Part shown: one piece after another, positions 39,147-48,854 of the stretch | Numbering within the stretch: position 1 is the first letter of the stretch | Layout of the letters: each line of letters begins with the position of its first letter | Origin: Myxococcota bacterium | Lineage (GTDB): Bacteria; Myxococcota_A; SURF-8 | Length of the DNA: 64,000 nucleotides | NCBI GenBank assembly: GCA_963674735.2 | Contig: CAXXQS010000002.1 | Span: 2,308,179 to 2,372,178 of the forward strand | Reading direction: 5' to 3' | Translations under genes and position numbers: made by a program | Notes under the pieces: generated by a model | Databases searched by the model: none | Seen by the model: only the letters and a program-made list of their open reading frames with translations | Told to the model about the DNA's origin: nothing

Positions 39147-39953
39147 TCAGATCTTTTTCTTGATGCGACGCTGATTTAAAAGGTGACGGGCCTGACGGAT
39201 TTTTTCGCTGTCGATGGCGAACAGCCGGGCGGCATCTGATTCCAAGTTGTCGTTAAGATTATACTTTTCAACCTCGTTAGGCCGGATGCGGCGGAAATGA
39301 CGGTTGTGCAGATAGAGCTGCGCGCCTTCGCTGAAACGTGTAATCAGAAGTTGGTTCATGCCGGGCCAGCTGAAAGAATCGATCCAGCTTGTGGCGAAAC
39401 GGGCTTCATCGACCGGTTCGGGCTTGAGTGTGTAGCGTGGGCGCTCTTCGCCTTCGTAGCGCAAATCGAGGGTTCCGTTTTGCCGGTCGCGTCTCAGCCA
39501 AAGGCGTCCGCGCGGCGTGTCGAGGACCGTTTGATCGTCGGGTAAACGCATCGGTTCACAGATCAGATAGCCGGGATCGATCAAGTAAAGACCGTCTCCC
39601 TGGCGTAACACCAAGGCACAGTGGTGGTTGGCGCCGGAGGGCATGTCGGCCAGAACGGGCGCGGTGGCGACACCGAGGGAGTCCATCACCGTCTGCATGC
39701 AATAGGTGAGGGCGAAGCAGGTGCCTCCCAATCCATGGGCCAGATGGTCCTGCATGACTTCGAGCGGCTGCCGTCGCCAGGTGGAGGCTTCTCCGGGCGT
39801 GGCGGTTTTGAGCACCTTCGAGATGTTTTCGTAGGGCAGTTGGGAGAAGGTTTGCGCAATATCCCCCAGATCCTTCAGGGTTTCCGCCCGCGGTGTCGGG
39901 TGAAGAGAGTCGAAAAAAAGTTCGACGGCTTGCTGAGTGTCGGATACGGGCAT
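39147..39953 (-). CDS. Arylamine N-acetyltransferase family protein
   Basis: PYEN, GGTCF, HCAL and IDPGY (Cys-His-Asp triad). Confidence 0.85.
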   Translation of the reverse strand: MPVSDTQQAVELFFDSLHPTPRAETLKDLGDIAQTFSQLPYENISKVLKTATPGEASTWRRQPLEVMQDHLAHGLGGTCFALTYCMQTVMDSLGVATAPVLADMPSGANHHCALVLRQGDGLYLIDPGYLICEPMRLPDDQTVLDTPRGRLWLRRDRQNGTLDLRYEGEERPRYTLKPEPVDEARFATSWIDSFSWPGMNQLLITRFSEGAQLYLHNRHFRRIRPNEVEKYNLNDNLESDAARLFAIDSEKIRQARHLLNQRRIKKKI

Positions 39954-40144
39954 TGGCTGTCCGGGTCGGATGTTACGGCTAGGGCGCCGGTCTCGATAAC
40001 CGAGTGTGTTTTAGCGGAAAGCGGTTGAAAAGGCAAGCGAGATAAGTGTTCTGATCTGAAAATATATAACGGACGTCGACAAGGAGGAAAGGTTGGGATA
40101 TAGTTGCCGAAATAGATGATTTAGTTGTGTAGCGAGGTGTAAGC

Positions 40145-42340
40145 ATGCAGATTGTGAAATGGACCGTTCTACTCATGGTTGTCTGGGTGTCTTTGTGGAT
40201 GGTGGGCTGTGGTTCGGACTATATGGAAAACCCGCCGGCGGACGGCGATTCGGTGGTTGACGGAGATACGGACGGCGATGTCGACGTCGAGGGGGAAGTC
40301 GAGCTCGACGAGTCGGATGGTGACGAGGCGGATGGCGATGAGCCCGATGGGGATTTGGATGAGGATCACGACATCGCGGAAGAAGAGTCCGATGGCGACC
40401 TGGATGCGGATTCGGACGCTGAGGAGGAGGTCGAAGCCGAGGAAGACGGTCCCGATCTGCCGGTACTTGACTTGGTAGAGGATTGTAATCCCTTCGCTTT
40501 TACGGATGTCTGTCTGCCGCCGTTCCCGAGTATTTTCTTCGAGCGGGAAGACGCCGATTCCCCCACCGGTATTCGCGGCGACTATCCCGACGACGCTCTG
40601 CCCAATTGGTCGGGGCGCTATTTCTTCAACACCGATTACGCCGATCTGGCCGATGGTATCTCGCCCGCCTCGCCCATTATCGTGCATTTCGGCGTGGATG
40701 TGAATCCCGATCAACTCACTGCACAGCGCGAACTGGCGGAGTCGTTGGCCACGGACAATCCCATCCAGCTTTACGACATGGAAACCGGCAAACGGGTGTT
40801 GTTCATGTCGGAAATGGATGCCAATCGCGACGAGGAACGCCCCGGACGTTATGCCTTGATTATCCGGCCCCTTGAACCGATGGCCATGGGGCACCGGCAT
40901 GCGGTGGTGTTGACGAACGATCTCACCGATGACGAGGGCAATGCCTTCGACTCGCCGGAGGCCTTCGAGGTGTTGCGCGACGGTGTCATCACCGCCAACG
41001 AGCCTATCGAGCGGGTGCGCGATGATTTCGACACCCTGTTTACATTCCTGGAAGGAAAGCAGGTCATGCGGGAAGACCTGCTGGTGGCGTGGTCTTTCCA
41101 GGTGGCTTCCGAGGACTGGCTTTTGGGACCGGTGAAGCATATGCGCAGCGAAGCCTTGACCGCATTCGATGCGGAGGGCTTCGGCTATACCATCGAGGAG
41201 GTTCAGGACGATCCCAATGACTCGACCGCCAGGCTTGTGAAAGGCGTCTTCCAGGTGCCGACCTATCTTACGGATGATCAAGACCTGGATTTCGACGTGA
41301 ATCATGTGCCCCAGCGCCAAACCGAGGACTGGGAATTCCCCTTCACGGTGGTCATTCCCAAAAAAGCGCGGACCCTGGCCGAACCGCTGCCCCTGCTGGT
41401 TTTCGGGCACGGCATCTTTGGTAGCGGCCGCTCGTATCTCGCCGGTTGGGGGACGAACGTCATCCAGCCTTTGGCGGAAGAATACGGCGTGGTGATGATC
41501 GCCACGGACTGGATCGGGCTTTCGGCTGCCGACGAAGACATCATCGTGGATGAAATCATCGGCGATTTGAACCGCATCGGCGTGGTGACGGACCGCCTGG
41601 TGCAGTCGTTGATCAACAACCTGACCATGACCGAAATGATGCTGCAGGATCTGCAATACAACAATCAGGTGAAGATCGGCGAGAACGACCTGATCGACAC
41701 CAGCCGGGTGTATTACTATGGTGTGAGCCTGGGCGGCATCATGGGCAGCTCGTTCGTCTCGCTATCCAACCGGATTACTCGCGGGGTGCTGGCCGTTCCG
41801 GGTTGCGCCTGGGCCAATATGTTGCCCCGTTCGACCGTGTGGAACCCCATCGCAACCTTCTTCGACCTCGAATACCCCGATCCGCTGGTTCGCCAGATGG
41901 GGATGGTGTTTATGCAGATGCGTTTCGACCACTCCGACCCGATCAACCTGACTCAGATGCTGTATGCCAACCCGCCTGCCGATGCACCTGCAGGGAAACG
42001 GGTGATCTTGCAAGAATCGATCGGAGATTCGCAAGTGCCGAACCTCACGACAGAAATGCTGGCGCGGGGGATTGGTCTCAAACTGATGACTCCCTCTGTT
42101 TTTGGCGTTGAAGGCTTGGAAAGCGTGACATCACCGACCACCGAGTCGGTGTTGGCTCAGTACCATATGGTGGATCAGGAACAGGCGAATCCACCGCCGC
42201 AAACGAATATTCCGCCAGCGTCCGATAACGGGGTGCATTCCGATATGGTATTTCTCGACAATGTACTGGACCAGATCGGGGTTTTCATGGAAACCGGTAA
42301 TATCGAGCAGTATTGCACGGATAGCTGCGATCCCGATTAG
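40145..42340 (+). CDS. Lipoprotein alpha/beta hydrolase (lipase-like) with an acidic DGD linker
   Basis: Lipobox MVGC; FGHG, nucleophile elbow GVSLGG, GDSQVPN and C-terminal His (GVHS). Confidence 0.75.
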   Translation: MQIVKWTVLLMVVWVSLWMVGCGSDYMENPPADGDSVVDGDTDGDVDVEGEVELDESDGDEADGDEPDGDLDEDHDIAEEESDGDLDADSDAEEEVEAEEDGPDLPVLDLVEDCNPFAFTDVCLPPFPSIFFEREDADSPTGIRGDYPDDALPNWSGRYFFNTDYADLADGISPASPIIVHFGVDVNPDQLTAQRELAESLATDNPIQLYDMETGKRVLFMSEMDANRDEERPGRYALIIRPLEPMAMGHRHAVVLTNDLTDDEGNAFDSPEAFEVLRDGVITANEPIERVRDDFDTLFTFLEGKQVMREDLLVAWSFQVASEDWLLGPVKHMRSEALTAFDAEGFGYTIEEVQDDPNDSTARLVKGVFQVPTYLTDDQDLDFDVNHVPQRQTEDWEFPFTVVIPKKARTLAEPLPLLVFGHGIFGSGRSYLAGWGTNVIQPLAEEYGVVMIATDWIGLSAADEDIIVDEIIGDLNRIGVVTDRLVQSLINNLTMTEMMLQDLQYNNQVKIGENDLIDTSRVYYYGVSLGGIMGSSFVSLSNRITRGVLAVPGCAWANMLPRSTVWNPIATFFDLEYPDPLVRQMGMVFMQMRFDHSDPINLTQMLYANPPADAPAGKRVILQESIGDSQVPNLTTEMLARGIGLKLMTPSVFGVEGLESVTSPTTESVLAQYHMVDQEQANPPPQTNIPPASDNGVHSDMVFLDNVLDQIGVFMETGNIEQYCTDSCDPD

Positions 42341-42362
42341 CGTTGTCCACGTGATCTAAAGC

Positions 42363-42397
42363 GAAACCCCGGACGCCGATGCGTGCCGGGGTTTTTA
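42363..42397. terminator. Probable bidirectional terminator
   Basis: aaaccccgg...ccggggttttt between convergent genes. Confidence 0.7.
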
Positions 42398-42426
42398 TTG
42401 GGCGAATTATTGCTAAAACAGGGGGT

Positions 42427-43275
42427 TCAGTTCCGACCGGTTGCCTGACGTTGCAGACGCTCGATGCGGTCTTCCATGTTGGGATGTGTGGAGAACAGAG
42501 AAGCCAGCGCGCGGCCAGACAGCGGTGAGGCGATGAACAGATGGGCGGTAGCCGGTCCGGCCTCACGCATCGGGGCCACTTCAACGCCTCTGTGGATTTT
42601 ACGCAAAGCCGCAGCCAAGGCCATGGGATCGCCGGTCAATTCGCCCGCTTTCTGATCCGCGTGGTATTCGCGGCTGCGACTGATTCCCATCTGGATGATG
42701 AGCGCGATGATGGGTGCGACGATGGCCAAGGCCAAAAGCGCAATACCGCCATTGTCGTCATCGCGCGAGAACCCTCCGAAAATCGCGCCCCATTTGGCCA
42801 TCCAGGCGAGAGACGAAATCGCACCCGCCATCGTTCCGACGATGCTGCCGATCAGGATATCGCGATGTTTGACGTGCGCCATTTCGTGGGCCAGCACCCC
42901 TTCCAACTCGCGGTCATCGAGGAGGTGATATAACCCCTCGGTTACGGCCACCGCTGCGTGCTCGGGATTGCGTCCCGTCGCAAAGGCATTTGGGGAAGGG
43001 TTTGGAATCACATAGACTTTCGGCATGGGAAGCTCAGCCCGGGCCGCGATACGTTCGACGATTTCGTAGAGTTTGGGGGCGCTCTGGCGGTCGATTTCTT
43101 TGGCCCGGTACATGGCTAGGACCATTTTGTCGGAGAACCAGTAGGCGAAAAAGTTGGAAACCAGCGCGAACCCGAGCGCGATCACGATTCCGGCTTGGCC
43201 ACCCAATGCCCCGCCGATGAAAACGAACAGCATCGTCATCACCATCATCAGGATTCCGGTTCGCAAAATGTTCAT
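42427..43275 (-). CDS. htpX: Zinc metalloprotease HtpX
   Basis: PNAFATGR, AHEMAH, SRSREYHAD and LFSTHP motifs; RBS GGAGG. Confidence 0.95.
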   Translation of the reverse strand: MNILRTGILMMVMTMLFVFIGGALGGQAGIVIALGFALVSNFFAYWFSDKMVLAMYRAKEIDRQSAPKLYEIVERIAARAELPMPKVYVIPNPSPNAFATGRNPEHAAVAVTEGLYHLLDDRELEGVLAHEMAHVKHRDILIGSIVGTMAGAISSLAWMAKWGAIFGGFSRDDDNGGIALLALAIVAPIIALIIQMGISRSREYHADQKAGELTGDPMALAAALRKIHRGVEVAPMREAGPATAHLFIASPLSGRALASLFSTHPNMEDRIERLQRQATGRN

Positions 43276-43401
43276 GAAAACAGCCTCCTTCGCGTCGTCC
43301 AATCGTTGTTACCGATAAGTAGAACCTCCGCAGGCGCTTTTTTATGCCTGCCGCTGTCCTATCAACCATAAGCACCGTCGGACCACTTGGCAAGCCGTGT
43401 C

Positions 43402-44259
43402 CTAGGGTTTCGTGGCCTCTGGAACATCCGGGAGGACTTGATTGGGGCGTGCTTGGTTCGTAAGGTACGCATTTCCTTTGCGTTCTTCACCAAGCCTGCT
43501 GTTGGGGCCATGTCCGGGGAGTATCATCGTTTTATCCGGTAGATTGGCGAAAGCAGTGCGGATGTTTTGGATCAATTCCAGTTTAGTGAGGGAATGGGCG
43601 GAATTCGTGCGCCCGATATTGTAGTGAAACAGGGTATCTCCCGTAAACAGCACCCCCAGTTCCGGTTCGTAATAACAGACTGAGCCGACGGTATGGCCCG
43701 GAGTCGCGATGACGGCCAGGGTGGTTTCCCCAATGTCGATCACATCGCCGTCATCCACTCGACGATCCGGTTTCGGCGGCAGGTCGGCATGAATGCGCTT
43801 GGAAATGGCTGGGTCGGGTTTCTGTAACCAATCCGCGTCTTTACTTGGGGCGATAAAGGCGGCCTCGGGCCAATCGGCTTTGAGCGCCGCGACACCGCCT
43901 GTGTGATCGAGGTGCCCGTGGGTGACGACGATGGCCACCACGCGCGCTTTTTCCTGTTCGGCCCAGAAGCGCATCATTCGCACCGAAGCGATACCCGGAT
44001 CGATGAACAGCGCCGTCTGGGTGGCGCGGTCGAGAACTCCGTACCCATGGGAGCTCATCCGATCCCACTTCGGATATTCGGGGAAATTGACGATGTGTAC
44101 CGTTGGGGTGTCGAGTACCGATAAATACATCGAGGCATCGGGGGGCGGTTCCGGGCCGGTCTTTGCGGCGGGTTTTGTCCGGCCTTCAATGGGTTCCAGA
44201 TACTCGATCATTTTTCCGTCAACCAGCTTGCGCACGCGTCGGAATGCGCTTTTGGGCAA
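43402..44259 (-). CDS. MBL-fold metallo-hydrolase (glyoxalase II-like); true N-terminus lies upstream across a frameshift
   Basis: THGHLDH, TPGHT, FTGDTLF and PGHG motifs. Confidence 0.85.
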   Translation of the reverse strand: MPKSAFRRVRKLVDGKMIEYLEPIEGRTKPAAKTGPEPPPDASMYLSVLDTPTVHIVNFPEYPKWDRMSSHGYGVLDRATQTALFIDPGIASVRMMRFWAEQEKARVVAIVVTHGHLDHTGGVAALKADWPEAAFIAPSKDADWLQKPDPAISKRIHADLPPKPDRRVDDGDVIDIGETTLAVIATPGHTVGSVCYYEPELGVLFTGDTLFHYNIGRTNSAHSLTKLELIQNIRTAFANLPDKTMILPGHGPNSRLGEERKGNAYLTNQARPNQVLPDVPEATKP

Positions 44260-44446
44260 AGCCTGCGCGGCGGTGTCGTCCGGGGTCGTGATATCCGAAT
44301 CGCCGGAGGTCGTCGGCTCGATGTCGACTGTAGGTGTTTCTTCGTTGCAACGGCTTGCAATTGGATAGACCGAAAGCGAGAAACAGTGCTCCGATAAGTG
44401 CGGCGCAAGTCGGTAATGAGCGGAAATGCTTGGATAATGGGGGCAT
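44219..44446 (-). pseudogene. Frameshifted lipoprotein signal fragment of the MBL hydrolase
   Basis: MPPLSK...LFLAFGLSNCK joins the MBL frame (RCNEETPTVDIEP...) if one base is removed near 44352. Confidence 0.6.
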
Positions 44447-44552
44447 AGGTAGTTCTTCCGGTTTCGAATTAACGATCAAGTTCGGGACGGAATCCGTCAT
44501 CGGGTCATGCTATGGATATCCTAATCGATTTTGGGTGAGCCTCGCAAGGACG

Positions 44553-44585
44553 AAAAACCCCCACGTCGGATATCGACGCGGGGGT
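44553..44585 (-). terminator. Rho-independent terminator after the OM barrel gene
   Basis: acccccacgtcg/cgacgcgggggt stem with an A-tract on the plus strand. Confidence 0.65.
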
Positions 44586-44608
44586 AGAAGTCGCGGTCGC
44601 GGATGATC

Positions 44609-45970
44609 TTAGAAAACGAAATCGTAACCCAGCAGGAAGGACAATCCGCCGTGCTCGGCCGCTTCGAGTAAGGTGATGTTTTCGCTGACGTAATCGTGTT
44701 TGGATATCATGTAGCGCACTTTGACGAAGGGGCCTCCCCACCAGACGTTGAACAGGCAGCCGCCCCAGAAGGCCACTGCGTAAGTGAAATCCTTCGATTC
44801 GACATCGATGCGTTGGCCGGAGTTTCCGGAACCGGGGATGCTGGCGTAATCCATCTTGACCCAGTTGGCGCCGGCACCGAGCCCTACGAAGGGCTGGAAA
44901 ATGCCTTTGGTCAGAATGAAGGCATCGAATTCGAGCATAATGGGAACGGAGGTCAAGGTGACATCCACCGTGGTTTCGTCGGCCGTGTCGGGAGCAACGG
45001 TTCGTGAGAATGAATACTCGTACCAGTCGAGGCCCAGGCCGATGCGAAAACGTTCGTCCAGGAATGGCATGATGTAGCGTGCGCCCATTCCAACCGAGAA
45101 GCCCGGGTTGGCTTCGAAACTGGCGCCGTCGCCGGAATCGACCGATTGCATGGCCAGATTGACGCCCAGGCGTGGCTCCAGCATGACGTAATGGGGACCG
45201 TCCTGGTTGGGCCAGCCACCCTTGTCTTCAGTTGCCGCAACCTCTTCGGCCGGTTTTTCTTCCTCGACCGGCTTGGTTTCGTCTTCAGGCTTGGCTTCTT
45301 CTTCAGGTTTGGTTTCCTCGACGGGCTTGGCTTCTTCCGCAGGCTTGACTTCCTCTGCGGGTTTGGGCTCTTCCACCGGTTTTGGGGCGGGTTCGGCGAC
45401 CGGTTCGGGGACGACTTCTTTAACTGCCGGGACGGGGGCCACCAACGGTACCAGTGGCACCAGTGGAATCAACTCCTGTTCGGTCTCCGGTTTTTCGAAG
45501 TTCAGGCCGATCGCACCACCTTGCATGGCATCGGGGGAAAGTAAGATGCCGATACTCCAGGTTTCTTCCGGCACCTCGACACTCCATGCCATGGCTTTTC
45601 CCGGCACGAGATCCTTGTTATCTTTGTAGATTCGCTCTTTCTTGACGGGGGCGGTGTGGACGATGCTCTGCCAGATAACGCCGTTTTTCAAAATCGTGAA
45701 CGTGGACTGAACCTTCCCACTGTTCGGATCGGTTGGTTTGGTGTTTTTGATGAACTGAACCGTCAATGTCCCGGGACCGGTTACGTTGAATTGCAGCGGG
45801 GCAAGGGGCGTGATCGCCCATGCTTCCACTGATTTTTCGCCATCTTGAATCTGGAGTTTGGCATTTTGGCTGAGGAGGGAAATCGGTTCGTTTTCTTCCG
45901 CGGCCGTTAGAGAGGCCATCCATCCCAAAATGAAGATCGGAACCCAAACGACAATGGCTATACTTCTCAT
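44609..45970 (-). CDS. Secreted protein with a C-terminal outer-membrane beta-barrel and a Pro/Glu/Lys-rich linker
   Basis: Signal peptide; PFVGLGAG amphipathic strands; C-terminal LGYDFVF beta-signal. Confidence 0.75.
   Translation of the reverse strand: MRSIAIVVWVPIFILGWMASLTAAEENEPISLLSQNAKLQIQDGEKSVEAWAITPLAPLQFNVTGPGTLTVQFIKNTKPTDPNSGKVQSTFTILKNGVIWQSIVHTAPVKKERIYKDNKDLVPGKAMAWSVEVPEETWSIGILLSPDAMQGGAIGLNFEKPETEQELIPLVPLVPLVAPVPAVKEVVPEPVAEPAPKPVEEPKPAEEVKPAEEAKPVEETKPEEEAKPEDETKPVEEEKPAEEVAATEDKGGWPNQDGPHYVMLEPRLGVNLAMQSVDSGDGASFEANPGFSVGMGARYIMPFLDERFRIGLGLDWYEYSFSRTVAPDTADETTVDVTLTSVPIMLEFDAFILTKGIFQPFVGLGAGANWVKMDYASIPGSGNSGQRIDVESKDFTYAVAFWGGCLFNVWWGGPFVKVRYMISKHDYVSENITLLEAAEHGGLSFLLGYDFVF
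45243..45380 (-). repeat. Degenerate 18-bp repeats encoding KP(A/V/E)EEx, about 7 copies
   Basis: KPVEEPKPAEEVKPAEEAKPVEETKPEEEAKPEDETKPVEEEKPAEE. Confidence 0.7.
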
Positions 45971-46198
45971 GCGAAACCCCACCTGATTAGTTTCAAGTTT
46001 CGGAAACTACATTTCTTGTGGCTCGGCTATCTTAGCTTAGTAAAAAACCTAGCGTCAAGCAAAATTGGGCGAGATTAAAACACTTTTCCGGTTTTGGTGA
46101 CCGGAAAAATTGTTGCGGTTTCAAGTGTGTAAGTGGTATCATTCGACCGCGAGTCGTTAAGTATGAAATCCATTATCTTCAAACCCCGAGGTGATTTG

Positions 46199-48235
46199 AT
46201 GAAGGTGTCCTGCCAGAAGTGCGGAGCACGTTTCAAGATCGATGATAGTAAAATCCCTAGCCAGGGCCTGAAAATGAAATGCCCGAAGTGCTCGGAACCG
46301 ATTTCGATCGGTGCTGGGGGAGGGGATGACGTGATTGAATCGGATCCCGTTAGCGAACCCGATGTTGTGAGTGAACCCGATCCTGTGAAAGAGGCGGAAA
46401 ACTTATTGGGGATCGATTCGGAACCCGACAAAGCGCTCGAAGAGGCACCCGAAGAGGATTTGTCTTTCGTCGGAGATATGGAATCCGAGACGCCCGAGAC
46501 GCCGGATTCTTTCCAGGCAGAGGAGGCTTTCGGGGATATGGGGCTCGATGAGGCGGCTCCGCCGGAAAGTCCGTCCGACGATCTCGATCTGGCCGATGAC
46601 GGGTTTGCTTTGGATGATGCCCTGCTGGAATTGGACGAAGAATTACGCATGGAAGGGCAGGATTCTCTGCCGCCGGTTCCCGATATGAGCGAGAAGCTGC
46701 CGGACGCCGATGTCGAAGGCCTCATGTTCGACGGTGGAGAAGAAGCTGTCGATCTTAGTGCAACCTCGAGTGACGCTCAGGCCGATGAGCCGGCTCTGGA
46801 TATGCCGTCTTTGCTCGAAAATGCCGCAGCCGAGTTGGAAAAAGAACTCGGTCAGGATGATAAAACCGAACCGGGTATGGATGCTGAGTTTCCGGATCAA
46901 GGATTTTCGTTCGACGATATGCTGGGCGATGAAAGTGCCGCAGAGACCGAAGCTGAACCCGATACACTTGATCTGGCCGGTGAACTGGGCTTGATGGAGA
47001 ATGAAGATGGGGGTGCGGCGGGACTGCCGGATCTCGATGAAACCGTTTCCGAGGAGCCTCTACCCGAGATCGATTCCGCATTTGAAACCGATGACATGGA
47101 GGATACGCGTATCGTCCAGACATCCGACAGCGATCTTTTCAGCCAGCTACCCGATTTGGGGATGGAAGGCGGAGAGCAGGTCGTGCTGTATCAGGTGCGG
47201 CGTCAAAGCGGCAAAGTATTCGGACCTTTCCCCGAAAACACCGTGATCGATATGGTGCAGGGAGGCAAGTTACAAGGCAACGAGGACGTCAGCGTTTCCG
47301 GTGGCGATTGGGTTCCGTTATCCGAGATGGAGGTGTTCAAGGCCGTGGTGGCCGATGCCGCCAATCGTAGCGGTGTCCTGGATACCTTCCTGCCCGACAG
47401 CGGTGACGAACAAAAAACCGGCAAATTGGACCAGGAAAAGAAGCGTGTCCTGGAGGTTAGCAAGAAACGGCGTAAGGCGGGCTCTTTGGATGTCGTATCC
47501 CCGCTTAAGAAACGGCGCATCGTTATTCCCAAACGTGTGGCGCTTCTGGTCGCCGTGGTTGCCGTTTTGGTGGCTGTTGCGGCTTACTTCCAGATCGTGG
47601 AAGAGCGCAGCCTGATAAGCATTATTACCGGTCGTAATATTGCCGATCTGCCCTATTACGAGCAACTGAAATCACGCTATCGCGAACGTTTGGATATGGC
47701 CTATACGCAGATGGCGCGTGATAACTATCAGGGTTACACTCAGGCTCGCGAGATTTGTGTCGATCTTCTGCGGGTGCCCGATTTCCGTGGCGCTCCGATC
47801 GTGTGGGCGTTGAAGGCTCAGATCGATTTCCAGATTCTGCGCCGTTTCGGCGGGGCGGAAGAGTATCTCGAAGGCGCTAAAGCGGCGATGGCGCAATTGG
47901 CGAATGAAAAACGCGAAGAACCGGAGATTCTGTTCGCCAAAGCAGCCGAGGCCATGTACGAAAAACGATTCGGTCCGGCCAAGGATTTGTTGTTGAAGGC
48001 CCTGATCGCCAAACCGAAAAACAGCAAAGCTCTACATTTGATTGCCGAAGTTTCGCTGTATTTGCCGGACAAGAACCCGGCTAAAAAATATCTGGATAAG
48101 GTGATCGAAGCGAACGAAGCCAGTGCCCGAACGTATTATCTGCAAGGTCTGTTGCACGACCAGCTGGGAGATGTGGCCGGGGCGAGAGCCAGTTTTTGCC
48201 AAAGCACTGGAAAAAGATCCCGAGCACTTGGATAG
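46199..48235 (+). CDS. Zinc-ribbon/GYF-like/TM/TPR protein, N-terminal part (frameshift near 48195)
   Basis: CQKC..KMKCPKC, acidic linker, GKVFGPF, TM helix, then TPR-like helices; RBS GAGGTG. Confidence 0.8.
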   Translation: MKVSCQKCGARFKIDDSKIPSQGLKMKCPKCSEPISIGAGGGDDVIESDPVSEPDVVSEPDPVKEAENLLGIDSEPDKALEEAPEEDLSFVGDMESETPETPDSFQAEEAFGDMGLDEAAPPESPSDDLDLADDGFALDDALLELDEELRMEGQDSLPPVPDMSEKLPDADVEGLMFDGGEEAVDLSATSSDAQADEPALDMPSLLENAAAELEKELGQDDKTEPGMDAEFPDQGFSFDDMLGDESAAETEAEPDTLDLAGELGLMENEDGGAAGLPDLDETVSEEPLPEIDSAFETDDMEDTRIVQTSDSDLFSQLPDLGMEGGEQVVLYQVRRQSGKVFGPFPENTVIDMVQGGKLQGNEDVSVSGGDWVPLSEMEVFKAVVADAANRSGVLDTFLPDSGDEQKTGKLDQEKKRVLEVSKKRRKAGSLDVVSPLKKRRIVIPKRVALLVAVVAVLVAVAAYFQIVEERSLISIITGRNIADLPYYEQLKSRYRERLDMAYTQMARDNYQGYTQAREICVDLLRVPDFRGAPIVWALKAQIDFQILRRFGGAEEYLEGAKAAMAQLANEKREEPEILFAKAAEAMYEKRFGPAKDLLLKALIAKPKNSKALHLIAEVSLYLPDKNPAKKYLDKVIEANEASARTYYLQGLLHDQLGDVAGARASFCQSTGKRSRALG

Positions 48236-48854
48236 TCAAATCGAACTGGCGGGTATTCTGCTCAAGGAAGAGGGGGGCCTCAAGCGCGCCGAGCGTGAGT
48301 TGAACACCATTCGCAATGCCTTCAAAGATCGTATGAGCAAAAAGCAGCTGGCTCGTATGCACTATTATTCGGCGCGGATCTTCATGTCGCGTAACGAGCC
48401 TTACAAGGTGGTGAAAGAACTCACCGCCGCCATTGAAAACGAACCGGATAACTACGTCTACAATCTTGAGCTGGGTGAGTTCTACCAGAAGAAGCACGAA
48501 TACGAGAAAGCGCAGGAACAGTTTACGCAGTGTATCGAAAACAACTCGCGGGAGATTCGTTGCCATCTCGACCTGGGAGAGAATCTGCTGACGTTGAACC
48601 GTTCCGACCAAGCTCTGTTCAAACTCGAAGCCGCCGCGAAAATCGAACCGAAAAATGCACAGGTTTATTACCTGACCGGTTTGGCGCTCGAACGTCTGTT
48701 CCAGCCTCAGAAGGCGCTGGAGATGTACGAAAAGGCCATTGCGCTGGACTCGAACGGCGTGCATTTCTATACCAGCGCGGCCATGTCTTATCTGCGGCAA
48801 GGACAACCTGACGAAGGCGGGCGAATACATCCAGAAAGCCAAACTCATCGATAG
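48123..48854 (+). CDS. TPR protein, middle fragment of the frameshifted gene
   Basis: In-frame TPRs from FAKALEKDP (~48198) to SYLRQ (~48800). Confidence 0.7.
   Translation: MPERIICKVCCTTSWEMWPGREPVFAKALEKDPEHLDSQIELAGILLKEEGGLKRAERELNTIRNAFKDRMSKKQLARMHYYSARIFMSRNEPYKVVKELTAAIENEPDNYVYNLELGEFYQKKHEYEKAQEQFTQCIENNSREIRCHLDLGENLLTLNRSDQALFKLEAAAKIEPKNAQVYYLTGLALERLFQPQKALEMYEKAIALDSNGVHFYTSAAMSYLRQGQPDEGGRIHPESQTHR

Noticed and set aside
48190-48805. Programmed ribosomal frameshifting in the TPR gene
   Set aside because: No canonical slippery heptamer with a stimulator at the inferred shift points; two shifts in one gene plus a third nearby favour sequence error.
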